From: an uncultured Holophagales bacterium
GTDB taxonomy: Bacteria; Acidobacteriota; Thermoanaerobaculia; Multivoradales; UBA5704
DNA length: 64,000 nt
Direction of reading: 5' to 3'
NCBI GenBank assembly: GCA_963842525.1
Contig: CAWJGT010000014.1
Location: 96,001-160,000 of the forward strand
Below, piece after piece: positions 1 through 24,819 of this stretch; the first letter of the stretch is position 1, and each line of letters opens with the position of its first letter. Both the position numbers and the translations under genes were made by a program. Below the pieces are notes generated by a model. It was given only the letters and a program-made list of their open reading frames with translations. It was not told the origin of the DNA and did not search any database.

Positions 1-14966
<14,966 letters not shown>

Positions 14967-15226
14967 CCGCGTGGGGTTCCTGACGGGTTGTGCATCTTTC
15001 TCACTCCGAATCAACCTGGGGAGGGCCGACCTCGGGCCTGCAGCGGCCGAAGGGCCGGCAAGACTACCACGACCGGCCTACCCAAGCCCCTTTCTCCTAC
15101 GGTGCCGCGAACCCCTCGGATGGGGGCGCGGTCCATGCTTCTCCAGGAAACGCCGGGGGGATGCGGAGACCCTCAGGCAAGGGTCCGAGGCCAGGCACTG
15201 AGGATGACAGGTGCTATGCTTTCCCT

Positions 15227-16030
15227 ATGATGAAGAGGTCGCAGCAGCCCAGCTCCCAGGGGCCTTTCCGCGCTGATCAGCTTCGTTCCGGCGATCCGTA
15301 CGAGCTGTCCAACGGCCATCCCATTCATTGTCTGCCCACCGGTAGCCGGGGAGGGAAGGCAACGAGCGTCGGAGACGGCGTGCTCGCGAGCGATCCCGCG
15401 GTCCAGGACGTGGGCGTCGACATCGGCTTTGCCCCGTCCCCGGAAATCCTCCGCGCCCCTGATCTCTCCGTCGGCGAGATGCCCGACCAGCCGGGATGGG
15501 TCCAGGGCGCACCTCCCCTGGCAGTCGAGTACGCCGACACCGGCCAGGATGAAGCCGAGCTGCAAACCAAGATCCAGGAGCTCTTTGCCGCCGGCACGCG
15601 CTATGTCTGGGTCGTGCGGCTGACCGGTCCGCGGCGGGCGGAGGTGCACCAGCCGGGCCAGAGAGTGCGCATCGCGAACCCCGGCGAGCAGCTCGAAGCG
15701 CCAGGAATCCTCGCCAATCCTGTGCCGGTGGAGGCCCTCTACGATCGCGAAGCGGCGCGCCGGGTGATCTTCCGCAATCTCCTCCAGCGGCAGGGCTACT
15801 CCAGCCTGGATGAGGTTCGTGCTGAGGGAAAGGCCCATGGACGTGTCGAGGGTGAGATCCAGGGCTTGCGGAAGGCTATCGTTGCGGTTTTCTCTGCCCG
15901 CGGGCTCGCGGTAGACGAGGACCTGAGGACCGCTCTCGCCACCTCTGACGACCCCGCAGTCCTCGAATCCGTCCTCCGCTTGGCGGCCGTCGCCACTACG
16001 GCCGAAATCCTCGCCGCCTTCCGGGCCTGA
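15227..16030 (+). CDS. Uma2 family (PD-(D/E)XK-like) putative endonuclease
   Basis: YELSNG, RAPDLSV, PPLAVEYA, K...LFAAGTRYVWVV motifs, plus a C-terminal EGKAHGRVEGEIQG tail. Confidence 0.85.
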   Translation: MMKRSQQPSSQGPFRADQLRSGDPYELSNGHPIHCLPTGSRGGKATSVGDGVLASDPAVQDVGVDIGFAPSPEILRAPDLSVGEMPDQPGWVQGAPPLAVEYADTGQDEAELQTKIQELFAAGTRYVWVVRLTGPRRAEVHQPGQRVRIANPGEQLEAPGILANPVPVEALYDREAARRVIFRNLLQRQGYSSLDEVRAEGKAHGRVEGEIQGLRKAIVAVFSARGLAVDEDLRTALATSDDPAVLESVLRLAAVATTAEILAAFRA

Positions 16031-16069
16031 GCTCCGCCGAACCATCGCCTGGCACCTCTATGCTGGCCC

Positions 16070-16526
16070 TCAGGAGTTCATGACGAGCAGGGCGTTGTAT
16101 GCCGCGAGCCTATCCAACGGCTCAAAGATGAAGTTGTTTCCACTGAACGGCGGATCCGCAGCAGTGTTGGCAATGATCTGTTGGCGCTCGGGTGTCATCG
16201 CAGCGCGTACCGTCGCATCCTGCGGGTATACATACGTGAGATAGCGCAGGAAGACGCCGGAGCCGCAGCTATAGTCCCAATCCTCCATTGGGCTGATCTT
16301 GTCGGCGTCCTTTTTCTTGGTTTTATCTTTAGTAGACCTGCAGACCGGCCAGTGCCAGGTCCTCCATCGCCGCCGGCCAGGCCTGGGCCAACGTGAGATA
16401 GTCGACGAGGGTGTCGAAGATGTTCCCGTTTGCCCACCAGTTCTTGTTGCCGGAATCTATCCATTGCTGGTAGAGGTCCTTGTAGGCGGAGGCAGCGTCC
16501 TTCAACAGCTTTGCGTCTCGGTTCAT
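16070..16526 (-). pseudogene. Fragmented gene with weak resemblance to a glycoside hydrolase family 76 remnant
   Basis: Two short ORFs contain WWANGNIFDTLVDY and GVFLRYL, resembling N- and C-terminal GH76 motifs. The total length is far too short and there is an internal stop/frameshift near 16330. Confidence 0.3.
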
Positions 16527-16633
16527 GGCATCCTCTCCGATGGGGGCTTTGCGAGCCCCGGAATTGCATCTGGTTCTGAGGAGGACGCGGAATCAGTGGA
16601 CGGATCTGGTCATCGGGGAAGGAAGGGTCTGGA

Positions 16634-17644
16634 TCAAATCCTGGGCCCCGCCCCCGCCATCATCCGCAGCACAGCCTGCATCATCGTCGGGTCCTGCAGC
16701 AGGCGCTGGACGGCGGGGTCGGTCATCAGCTCCTCGGGCTTCTTGGTCTTGAAGAGGTCCGAGAGCACGGCGAGCTCGCTGGTGACGGTTCCTCCCGCGA
16801 AGGCGAGCTGGACGGAGAGGGAGGGCTCCAGGGTCTCGACCTCGTGCCACCAGTTGGAAGGGAATGAAGAGCGTGTCTCCCTGCCGCAGGTGGCATTCGA
16901 GGGCTGCGGCCCGGCGGAGCTCCGGGAAGGCCTCGTAGTCCGGATGGTGGATGTCCACCTGGCTCTGCCTCTCGAAGTTGTCGAGCCCCGGGAACTGCTG
17001 GGCCGCGAGGATAGAGGCGGTCGAATTGCGCCGGGATCGAAAAGCCAGACCTGCTTCGAGCCGCGCACCTGGCAGAGGAAGCCGTTCGACAGGTCGTAGT
17101 GCAGCGGCGTCACGCAGCCGGTCGAGCTGATCCAGAGGCGCTGGAAGGGCTCCGCCACGGAGCCGAGGCAGGCCGGCTTCCGCAGGTCGGCGCGCAGGGC
17201 CGGCACGGAATCCAGAAGATAGGACTTGCCATACAGGTAATAGGTCTCGCCCGGGCCCAGGATCGGCGGTGTCGGCGGTAACCGCTCGGCGCCGGCGGCT
17301 GGCACGGCGCGGCGGAGGAATTCGGCGAAGCGCATCTCCACCTTGGCCATCGGCGACGGCTGGGTGACGTAGTCGGGATAAAGGCCGTTGCGCGAGACGA
17401 TGACCTCGCCCGAGCAGTCGCCGGCCACCGCGGCAAGGTAGTCCCACGACCAGCGGTCGACGGCGGGCCAATCCTCCATGACCCCGCTGATGACGACCGG
17501 CCGGTTGGCCTCGACGTATCTCTTGAAGAAGGCGGCGGGCGGCGGATCCTCGATGCGTCCGACCTTCCCCTGCACCGGGAAGGGGACCTCGGAGGAGGCG
17601 CCGCCCTGATTTCGATCGACCTCTCGACGGACTTTCCACGCCAT
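16634..17644 (-). CDS. JmjC/cupin-like 2OG-Fe(II) oxygenase (two compensating frameshifts)
   Basis: NRPVVISGVMEDWPA, TPLHYD (HxD), QVRGSKQVWLF, YEAFPE..LRQGDTLFIP, WWHEV. Confidence 0.85.
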   Translation of the reverse strand: MAWKVRREVDRNQGGASSEVPFPVQGKVGRIEDPPPAAFFKRYVEANRPVVISGVMEDWPAVDRWSWDYLAAVAGDCSGEVIVSRNGLYPDYVTQPSPMAKVEMRFAEFLRRAVPAAGAERLPPTPPILGPGETYYLYGKSYLLDSVPALRADLRKPACLGSVAEPFQRLWISSTGCVTPLHYDLSNGFLCQVRGSKQVWLFDPGAIRPPLSSRPSSSRGSTTSRGRARWTSTIRTTRPSRSSAGPQPSNATCGRETRSSFPSNWWHEVETLEPSLSVQLAFAGGTVTSELAVLSDLFKTKKPEELMTDPAVQRLLQDPTMMQAVLRMMAGAGPRI

Positions 17645-17720
17645 GATCGGCTCCTCCAGCGCCGCGTGGATTGTACCCGAGGCCGTCTGCCAGAGCGGCC
17701 TGGCATCAGCGGTGAGGGCC

Positions 17721-19469
17721 CTACCGCCGTCCCAGCGCGTCGACGAACTTGCGCTTCACCTCCTTTTCAGCCGCCGTCACTTGTGCGCCGAGGCGCTGCC
17801 GCGCGGCGGCTTCGGATGCCTCGTCGAGCTGCTGGCGGAGATCCCCGATCTGCTCTTCGCCCGCGGTCAGGAGGTCCACGAGGGCCGCATCGTCCAGCAC
17901 CTGGGCGACGGTCCTCAGCAGGCGCCAGCCCGCCTCGTCCGACAGCTCCACGGTCTCGGCGTGGTCGATCAGCCAGGGCAGCATCTGATCGTCGTGCCAC
18001 CGGCTGACCAGGTAGTAGAGGCCGAGGTCGGCATCCGTCACGTGCTCTGTGCTCAGCAGCGCCTTCGTCAGGCGCTCCCGGTGCTCATCGGTGAGGAATG
18101 CGCCGAAGATCACCAGGTTCCATTCGTTGGGCGTGCCACCGGCGTCGAAGAAATCGGCGAGCACGTCCCGCAAGCCCTGCGCATAGAGGTCCACAGGGCT
18201 CCCGTGCTGCTCGGCCTGCTGCTGCAACTTCCAGGACGCCTCGCCCAGCTCCTCGACGGCTTCTTTGCGGGTCACCGGGTCTTCGGCAGTCGCCACCAGC
18301 CACTCCAGGGTCTCCTCGAGGCGGGCCATGCCGTCCTTGGGGACCTCCGCCAACGCCTCGAGCCGCTCCCGGTAGGCTGCGACCTCCACCTTGTCCAGCT
18401 TTTGAAAGCCGAACATATGATCCGTCACCGTATAGCCGTCGGTGCCCCGGCCGTCCTCTGCGTCCCGGGGATCGAGGAACGCCACCACGTTGTTGCCGGG
18501 CTGCAACCGGCTCTCAGGGTCTTCGTCCGTCCTCTGGGAGTGGTACAGGGAAACCACCCGTTCCCGGGTCTCTCCCTTGAGGACCGACGAGATCACGAGA
18601 TCGGTCCGGACCTCCGACGAGTACTCGTCCTCCTCCGTGATGACCGACTTCTTGACGACGGCAAGGACGACGAGGTTGGCACGGTCATAGACCTTGCGCA
18701 TCGGCGGCGTGTCCATCGCGATGACGCCGGCGGTCACCGTGTCCGGAAGCTCGCCGGCGACGACCCTTTGCCACACGTCGGCCGGCACGGTCAGCCCGAT
18801 CTGCCGCTTCTCTCCGGCCGAGAGCTGGACGTCCTGGAGCCACGCCGCCGCGTGCCCGTCGACCGCCGTCCTGATCTGATAGATCCCGGGCGTCAGGGTG
18901 AAGGAAAACCTGCCCTCGGCGTCCGTCTGTCCAGAGCGCTGCTGGTCGTCGATCTCGCTGTAGACCCAGACCGTGGCACCGGGGACCGGCTCTCCGGCTT
19001 CGTTGGCGAGCCTGCCGCTCAGGACGCTGCCGGTGTCGCCGGCATGGCCGGCACCGGTCCGCTGCGGCTGTTCGCCTCGGAGCCGCCTATCGGCCTCCAG
19101 CTCCGCGGCCGCGACGATGGCATCCTGATCGGTCGCGTCCCCTCTGAGCCCCACACCGAGCCCGAGGACGGCCGTGACCACGGCTGCCACGAGCGGCGAC
19201 GCCCGCCGGGGAGCGAGCGGGTCCACCATCGGAGGCTCCAGGGTGATGAGCCGTCCCCATTCGTCGCGCTTCAGACGGGCGCAGAGGTGGCCCTGGTTGG
19301 CCTCGACCACACCGGCAATCTCGCGCGGCGTGAGCTGCGCAAAGTCGTACACGTGCTTGTCGCACTGAAGGCAATGACGCCTGCGCTCATCGCCGTGCAT
19401 CGCCTCCCACGAGCTGTCGCAAGGAGATGCAACCTGAAGGAGCTGCAGCTTGTCTTTTCTCGTCCTCAT
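17721..19469 (-). CDS. Membrane-anchored protein with an N-terminal Cys-rich domain and a carboxypeptidase-regulatory-like (transthyretin-like) domain
   Basis: VASPCDSSWEAMHGDERRRHCLQCDKHVY N-terminus, a hydrophobic helix, then GEPVPGATV...TDAEGRFSF..PGIY. GAGGAG RBS upstream of ATG 19469. Confidence 0.7.
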   Translation of the reverse strand: MRTRKDKLQLLQVASPCDSSWEAMHGDERRRHCLQCDKHVYDFAQLTPREIAGVVEANQGHLCARLKRDEWGRLITLEPPMVDPLAPRRASPLVAAVVTAVLGLGVGLRGDATDQDAIVAAAELEADRRLRGEQPQRTGAGHAGDTGSVLSGRLANEAGEPVPGATVWVYSEIDDQQRSGQTDAEGRFSFTLTPGIYQIRTAVDGHAAAWLQDVQLSAGEKRQIGLTVPADVWQRVVAGELPDTVTAGVIAMDTPPMRKVYDRANLVVLAVVKKSVITEEDEYSSEVRTDLVISSVLKGETRERVVSLYHSQRTDEDPESRLQPGNNVVAFLDPRDAEDGRGTDGYTVTDHMFGFQKLDKVEVAAYRERLEALAEVPKDGMARLEETLEWLVATAEDPVTRKEAVEELGEASWKLQQQAEQHGSPVDLYAQGLRDVLADFFDAGGTPNEWNLVIFGAFLTDEHRERLTKALLSTEHVTDADLGLYYLVSRWHDDQMLPWLIDHAETVELSDEAGWRLLRTVAQVLDDAALVDLLTAGEEQIGDLRQQLDEASEAAARQRLGAQVTAAEKEVKRKFVDALGRR

Positions 19470-19593
19470 GGCGGCTCCTCTCACGGGGCAAGTGCCCCAC
19501 CGTTGATGTCTTAGACACCCGGAGCCGCGTTTTCGATCCTGGCCCTATCGCAGGACTTGGAGGACGTCTGGAAATTCGTACGCGAGCCCTGGC

Positions 19594-19738
19594 CCCTCAC
19601 CCCCGGCCCCCTCTCCCACCCGCACTCACACCCGCCCGGGAGAGGGGAGCCCCCACCCAGGAGCTTCCTGGCTGTGCATTTTCCCCCCTCTCCCGGGGGA
19701 AGGGAGTGCGGGTGGGAGAGGGGGCCAGGGGGTGAGGG
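19594..19738. repeat. Palindromic repeat family A, full copy
   Basis: CCCTCACCCCCGGCCCCCTCTCCC...GGGAGAGGGGGCCAGGGGGTGAGGG inverted termini, directly after the POP stop codon. Confidence 0.9.
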
Positions 19739-19740
19739 CT

Positions 19741-21906
19741 TCATCCGCCGCCGCACGCCTTCCCCACCCCAAGCTGCCATCTGAAGAAGCCGAGCTCGTC
19801 CACGATCCCGCGGAGCTGCATATCCACCGGTGCTCCCATGCCATGGCCTGCCTCGCGCTCGACCTGGAGGAGGATGGGCTCCGTTGCGGGATCGCTCGCG
19901 GTCGAGGCCTGGAGCAGCGCTGTCATCTTGCGGGCGTGGAGCGGGTGGACCCGCTCGTCCTTCTCTCCCGCGGTGAGGACGACGGCCGGGTACTTCGTCC
20001 CCTTCTTGACATTGTGGTAGGGCGAGTAGCGCCGGAGATATGGAAACTGTTTCGGATCGGCGCTCGATCCATACTCGCTCACCCAGTTGCGCGCGCGCAG
20101 AAAGTGATGGAAACGGAGCATGTCCAGGAGCGGCACGCCGGCGATCACGGCGGAAAAGAGGTCCGGACGCTGCGTGAGCACGGCGCCCGTGAGCAGGCCG
20201 CCGTTCGAGGCTCCGGTGATGCCGAGCCGCTCCGGCCGTGTATAGCCGTTCGCGATCAACCACTCGGCCGCGGCGATGAAATCGTCGAAGACGTTCTGCT
20301 TGCGCTCGAACATCCCGGCCTCGTGCCAGGACTCGCCGTGCTCGCCGCCGCCACGGAGGTTCGGCAGCGCATAGACGCCCCCATCTTCGAACCAGGGGAG
20401 GCGGGCGACATTGAAAAACGGCGTCATGGAGATCGAGAAGCCGCCGTAGCCCTCCAGGATCGTGGGGTTGCAGCCGTGGAGCTTCAATCCCTTTTTGTGG
20501 ACCACGAACATCGTGACCCGGGTGCCGTCCTTGGAGGCGTATTCGACCTGCTTGACCTCCAGGCTCGACGGGTCGAAAGGGGTCTCCTCGCGCCACCAGA
20601 GCTTCCGCTCGCCGGTGCGCAGGTTCACGCGGTAGACGCTCGGCGGCTCGTTGAAGCTGGTATAGAAGAGATATCCCACCGGACTCTCGGGGGTACCAAC
20701 GAGATCCGCCGAGCCGATGCCGGGCAGCGCCAGGGGACCCCGCGGCGTGCCGTCCAGCTCGAACAGCTCGATCCGCGTGCTGGCGTCGTGGAGGTAAGTG
20801 CCGGCCAGGAGGTCGCCCACCTGCCAGATGTAGACCAGGGAGTCCTTACGCTCCGGGATCAGCTCGCGCCAGCGCTCCGGCGACGGGTCCTTGAGGTCCA
20901 CGGCCACGACCCTGCGGTTGAGGGCATTGAGCGTGGTGCTCATGTAGAAGGTGTCGCCCACGATCGGGTCCGTATAGCGATAGACGTCCGGCAGGCCGGC
21001 CTGGGCCTTCTGCCCCACGAGGATTGGGCGGTGCTCGGCTTTGCCGGTCTCCAGCCACTGGCGGAAGTCCATGACCCAGAGGTCGTTCGAATTGCTGCCG
21101 GTCCACTGCCCGAGGACGAGCCAGCGGCCGTCGCGGCTCAGGCGTCCGAACGGACCCCAGGTCGAAGCCGCGGGTCCTTCCTTCGGCTGCTCCAGGAGCA
21201 CGCGGTCCTGTTTGGCATCCGTCCCGACCTTGTGGAAGCGGATGCGGCGCGAGTAGGGGTCCTTCAGGTCTTCGAGGTTGTTGTAGACGAAGCCCGAGCC
21301 GTCGGGCAGCCAGTCCACCTCGCGGACCCTGTTGCGGATCTCGTCCGGCAGCCACTTGCCGGTGCCGGTCTCGACCAGGTGGAGGGTGGCGTTCTCGTCG
21401 CCGGACCGGAAGAGCCCCACCGCGACGAGCCGGCCGTCGTGGCTCGGCTCCCACCAAGCGATCGTGGTGAGGCCGCTCGGGTCGCGGAGGTTGGGATCGA
21501 CCAGGGAGCGTGCCGGGCCCTCGCCCTCCGCCGTCATGAGCACCGCCTGATTCTGCTCAGGGCTTCCCGCCAGGAAGAAAAGCTGTCCGCCACGCACCGT
21601 GGGAGCGGAGCGGAAGGCCGACGAGCCGGTGACGGCCTTGACGCGCGCCTCCAACTCCTTGCGGCCGGGCAGGTTGTCGAGGATGCTGCGAGCATAGGCG
21701 TTCTGCGCGTCGGTCCACGCGCCGACCTTCGCATCGAGCCCGGGATCGGGCTTCGCCATCTCCGGCGCCGCGCTCCCTTCGAGCCAGCGGTAGGGGTCCA
21801 CGACCTCCGTCCCGTGAAAGACATCGCGGACAGGCTTGACCTCGGTGGGCGGAGGGGCGGCGGCGAGGGAGATCACAGCGGCGGCGGTGGCGAGCGTTCG
21901 GCGCAT
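19741..21906 (-). CDS. Prolyl oligopeptidase (S9A), secreted
   Basis: DPYRWLE, NLRGGGEHGESWH, GASNGG nucleophile, DERVHP and AGHG motifs. Signal peptide MRRTLATAAAVISLAA, preceded by a GGAGG RBS. Confidence 0.95.
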   Translation of the reverse strand: MRRTLATAAAVISLAAAPPPTEVKPVRDVFHGTEVVDPYRWLEGSAAPEMAKPDPGLDAKVGAWTDAQNAYARSILDNLPGRKELEARVKAVTGSSAFRSAPTVRGGQLFFLAGSPEQNQAVLMTAEGEGPARSLVDPNLRDPSGLTTIAWWEPSHDGRLVAVGLFRSGDENATLHLVETGTGKWLPDEIRNRVREVDWLPDGSGFVYNNLEDLKDPYSRRIRFHKVGTDAKQDRVLLEQPKEGPAASTWGPFGRLSRDGRWLVLGQWTGSNSNDLWVMDFRQWLETGKAEHRPILVGQKAQAGLPDVYRYTDPIVGDTFYMSTTLNALNRRVVAVDLKDPSPERWRELIPERKDSLVYIWQVGDLLAGTYLHDASTRIELFELDGTPRGPLALPGIGSADLVGTPESPVGYLFYTSFNEPPSVYRVNLRTGERKLWWREETPFDPSSLEVKQVEYASKDGTRVTMFVVHKKGLKLHGCNPTILEGYGGFSISMTPFFNVARLPWFEDGGVYALPNLRGGGEHGESWHEAGMFERKQNVFDDFIAAAEWLIANGYTRPERLGITGASNGGLLTGAVLTQRPDLFSAVIAGVPLLDMLRFHHFLRARNWVSEYGSSADPKQFPYLRRYSPYHNVKKGTKYPAVVLTAGEKDERVHPLHARKMTALLQASTASDPATEPILLQVEREAGHGMGAPVDMQLRGIVDELGFFRWQLGVGKACGGG

Positions 21907-21946
21907 ACAGGGTTCCTCCGTCCAGGGCTTGGACCTTCTACGAAGG

Positions 21947-22012
21947 ATAGACGAGAAGAGTTTAGAGGACGTTTCGGGCACATGGAACCGGATTCCCTGT
22001 CCTCCTCTCTAA
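21947..22012. promoter_or_regulatory. Divergent pair of putative ECF-type promoters (POP leftward, exbD rightward)
   Basis: Minus strand GAAAC-N17-CGTCTA; plus strand GGAAC-N19-TCTAA. Assigned by resemblance to sigmaW/sigmaE consensus only. Confidence 0.35.
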
Positions 22013-22060
22013 TCCTCACAGAGGCGCCTCTCCACAACGGTCCATCCAGGAGGTGGAGAG

Positions 22061-22460
22061 ATGAACGTTTCCGAGAAGACCGCCGTCCGTAGCGACATCA
22101 ACGTCACTCCCCTGGTCGACGTCTGCCTGGTGCTCCTGATCATCTTCATGGTGGTGACGCCGATGCTCTACAAACAGACCGATGTCCAGCTCCCGAGAAC
22201 ACCCGGACCGGATGAGCTTCCGGGAACAGCAGAAGCTGGTCAAGGTAGCCATCCTGGAGAGCGGCGCCATCCGGGTGAACGGGTTGCCCGTGCCGCGCGA
22301 GCAGCTCACGAGCCTCCTTGCCGAGATGCATTCGCCGGACCGCCCTGTCGTGGTGGAAGGCGACCGGCGCCTCCCCTACGGCGAGGTCCGCGGCATCCTG
22401 GAGCTCATCCAGAGGGCCGGTTTCCGGCAGGTAGGGCTGGTGGCGGAGAGGGAGGGTTAA
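22061..22460 (+). CDS. exbD: ExbD/TolR biopolymer transport protein (one frameshift near 22200)
   Basis: DINVTPLVDVCLVLLIIFMV, continuing in a second frame as VVVEGDRRLPYGEV...AGFRQVGLV. Confidence 0.88.
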
Positions 22461-22526
22461 ACTCGGCCACCCATCCGGCACCATAGGCGCTCATGTATCG
22501 ATAACCCGCGGCGGTTCCCCCTAACT

Positions 22527-22690
22527 GTAGAGACGCCCCGTGGGGCGTCTCCGCAGCGGCCACACCCTTTCAGAGACCCACCCGGCCCAACGGGCCGGCA
22601 GAACGGAGCCCAGGGCATCCAAGGCCGAAGGCCGATGCCCTGGGTAGAAAAGGCAACCCACCTTTGCGGCCTGAAAGGCCGCGAGAGACA
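22527..22690. repeat. Cluster of REP-like hairpins
   Basis: GTAGAGACGCCCCGTGGGGCGTCTCC; CCCAGGGCATC...GATGCCCTGGG; GCGGCCTGAAAGGCCGC. Confidence 0.65.
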
Positions 22691-22717
22691 GGCAGGGTAA
22701 GGTGGAGGGCTCTGCTG

Positions 22718-22962
22718 GAGCCAACCGCCGTCCTCTTCGCTATAGAAGATGTTGATGTGGTAGTCCTTCATGACTCGTCGTTCTCCTGCTCCTGGTCACC
22801 CTCGCCCTCCTCGCCCATCTTCAAATTATAGCGCTCCACCAGGCGGAGGAACTGCCTGACCTGGTAGGGCTTGGCCTCCCCGCCTACTTCTTGGATGTTC
22901 AGTAACTCTGGGATATTCTTGTGCACGAAGATGTGGTGGCTTCCGCTCACGCGTGACAAGAG
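22718..22962 (-). pseudogene. Truncated hicA-hicB toxin-antitoxin remnant
   Basis: The hicA 3' half (SRVSGSHHIF...EAKPYQVRQFL) lacks its N-terminus. It overlaps (ATGA) a hicB start, MKDYHINIFYSEEDGGW, that stops resembling HicB after about 17 codons, next to REP-like hairpins. Confidence 0.75.
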
Positions 22963-23061
22963 CCCGTGTCGATTCCGTCATCCCCTGTTCGACATAGAGG
23001 TAGAGACCGAGGTGAGCAGACACCCGGGCTCCCCGAAACCATTCAACCGAGAGGAGCGGTG

Positions 23062-23496
23062 ATGACCATGCCCGAACCCACGAATCCCATCCACCCCAAG
23101 AGATCGGCTCTGAACATCGTGCTGTGGATCGTTCAAGTGCTGCTCGCGCTTCTGTTCATCTGGGGCGGCGGCTTCAAGCTGGTCATGCCCCTGGAGAAGC
23201 TGACAGCCGGCGGCCCGCTGCCGGGGCCGTTCCTGCGGTTCATCGGAGTGGCCGAGCTGCTGGGCGGCCTGGGCCTGATCCTCCCTGGGCTCCTGCGCAT
23301 CAAGCCGGGTTTGACTCCCCTGGCCGCTGCCGGGCTCGTGATCATCATGGTCGGCGCGGTGTACATCACGTTGACAGGCGGCGGTGGTCCCAACGCCGGT
23401 CCAGCGGCGGCTCTGATACCCGCGGTGACGGGGCTCCTGGCAGCGTTCGCCGCCTATGGCCGCTGGCGGCTTGTGCCTCACCGCTCCAGGCGCTGA
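23062..23496 (+). CDS. DoxX-like membrane protein
   Basis: LWIVQVLLALLF..GGFKL, RFIGVAELLGGLGLILP, LTPLAAAGL. Confidence 0.88.
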   Translation: MTMPEPTNPIHPKRSALNIVLWIVQVLLALLFIWGGGFKLVMPLEKLTAGGPLPGPFLRFIGVAELLGGLGLILPGLLRIKPGLTPLAAAGLVIIMVGAVYITLTGGGGPNAGPAAALIPAVTGLLAAFAAYGRWRLVPHRSRR

Positions 23497-23530
23497 AGAG
23501 GACAGGTTCCGTCAAGGTCGGCGTTGACGC

Positions 23531-23925
23531 GGAGCCAGAGTCATAGGTCTTTGGCTCGGCGCCAGTGGCGGAGCGGCAAAGACACGTGGCAGTGAAGCTG
23601 TGGCTAAAGCCTCTGGCGCTCCGTCCATGGCGCAGCGGCAAAGACCGTGGCGCGGAGCCAGAGTCACAGGTCTTTGGCTCAGCGCCAGTGGCGGAGCGGC
23701 AAAGACACGTGGCAGTGAAGCTGTGGCTAAAGCCTCTGGCGCTCCGTCCATGGCGCAGCGGCAAAGACCGTGGCGCAGAGCCAGAGTCACAGGTCTTTGG
23801 CTCAGCGCCAGTGGCGGAGCGGCAAAGACACGTGGCAGTGAAGCTGCGGCTAAAGCCTCTGGCGCTCCGTCCATGGCGCAGCGGCAAAGACCGTGGCGCG
23901 GAGCCAGAGTCACAGGTCTTTGGCT
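23531..23925. repeat. 123-bp tandem repeat, 3 copies plus a partial copy
   Basis: Unit starts (G/A)GAGCCAGAGTCA at 23531, 23654, 23777 and 23900; copies are near-identical. Confidence 0.92.
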
Positions 23926-24038
23926 CTTTGGCAGTGACGGCAGGAGACCCTGGATTTCCTGGCTCCCCGGGGGGGCGCCCCTCTCCCGCTCGGGGTGGCT
24001 GGGTGGTGGCCGCGCGGGGGAGGGGTCGGGGGAGGGGC

Positions 24039-24560
24039 TCACGGGTTGGGGGCACGCGACGCGGACGCGGTTCGCCGGGCCCCGAGGAGCGAACGGCTCC
24101 GGAATTCGCCGTAGTGCAGTTGGGTGTCGGCGTTCCAGTTCCCTGTCGACACCAGGCTCTCCGGCGTGTAGGGGCGCTGCAGGAAGCTGTCCTTCCCGGT
24201 CCGCTCGACCAGGAAGCGGTAGGGGACGGCCGCGAGCTCGCCCGAGCCGTTGGCACACACCAGCTCGCCCTCCAGGATGAGCCAGCGGTGCTTCTTGGGG
24301 ATCTCGATCAACGCGATGCCTTCCGGACCCGCGGGGGCCTGCTTCAGGACCTCCTCGGTCAGCAGATCGTAGATCCACCACTCGGAGGCGAAGTAGCGGG
24401 CTCCGTCGCGCACGCCACAACCGGCCCGGAGCCGCCCCGTCTCGTCGGTCTTCGTGCAGCCGAACAGCAGATCGTTCTCGCCGCAGACAGGAATCTCGGC
24501 GGCGCAGAGAGTCAAGGGAACGAGGAGCAGAGAGACGCAAATCCAGATCCTGGCGCGCAC
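24039..24560 (-). CDS. Hypothetical secreted Cys-containing protein
   Basis: Probable GTG start (VRARIWICVSLLLVPLTLCAA, signal-like) after AAAGGAGG. No family recognised. Confidence 0.55.
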   Translation of the reverse strand: MRARIWICVSLLLVPLTLCAAEIPVCGENDLLFGCTKTDETGRLRAGCGVRDGARYFASEWWIYDLLTEEVLKQAPAGPEGIALIEIPKKHRWLILEGELVCANGSGELAAVPYRFLVERTGKDSFLQRPYTPESLVSTGNWNADTQLHYGEFRSRSLLGARRTASASRAPNP

Positions 24561-24693
24561 GAATCCTCCTTTCGGACACCTCGGCACCGGGCGAAGCCAG
24601 TCAGGCATACGCCCGGGCCCGGAGATGCCGCCGGCCCGTGAGGTCACCCTCTTGAACGTTTCAACTGGAGGAATTGTATCACGGGGAAGCCTC

Positions 24694-24815
24694 GCCCAGG
24701 GTTCACACCCTGGGCTACCGAATGGCGCCCTCCGGGCTAGCAAGAATGACGGTCGAAAAGCCCGGGATTCGAGCCCGGAGGGCGGAACTGGGTAGCCTCG
24801 GGTGTCAACCCGGGG
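24694..24815. repeat. REP-like palindrome (family B)
   Basis: GCCCAGGGTTCACACCCTGGGC...GGGTGTCAACCCGGGG with internal inverted arms CGCCCTCCGGGCT/AGCCCGGAGGGCG. Confidence 0.75.
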
Positions 24816-24819
24816 CGAT

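Noticed and set aside
23531-23925. Possible CRISPR array
   Set aside because: Whole 123-bp units are near-identical, with no repeat/unique-spacer alternation.
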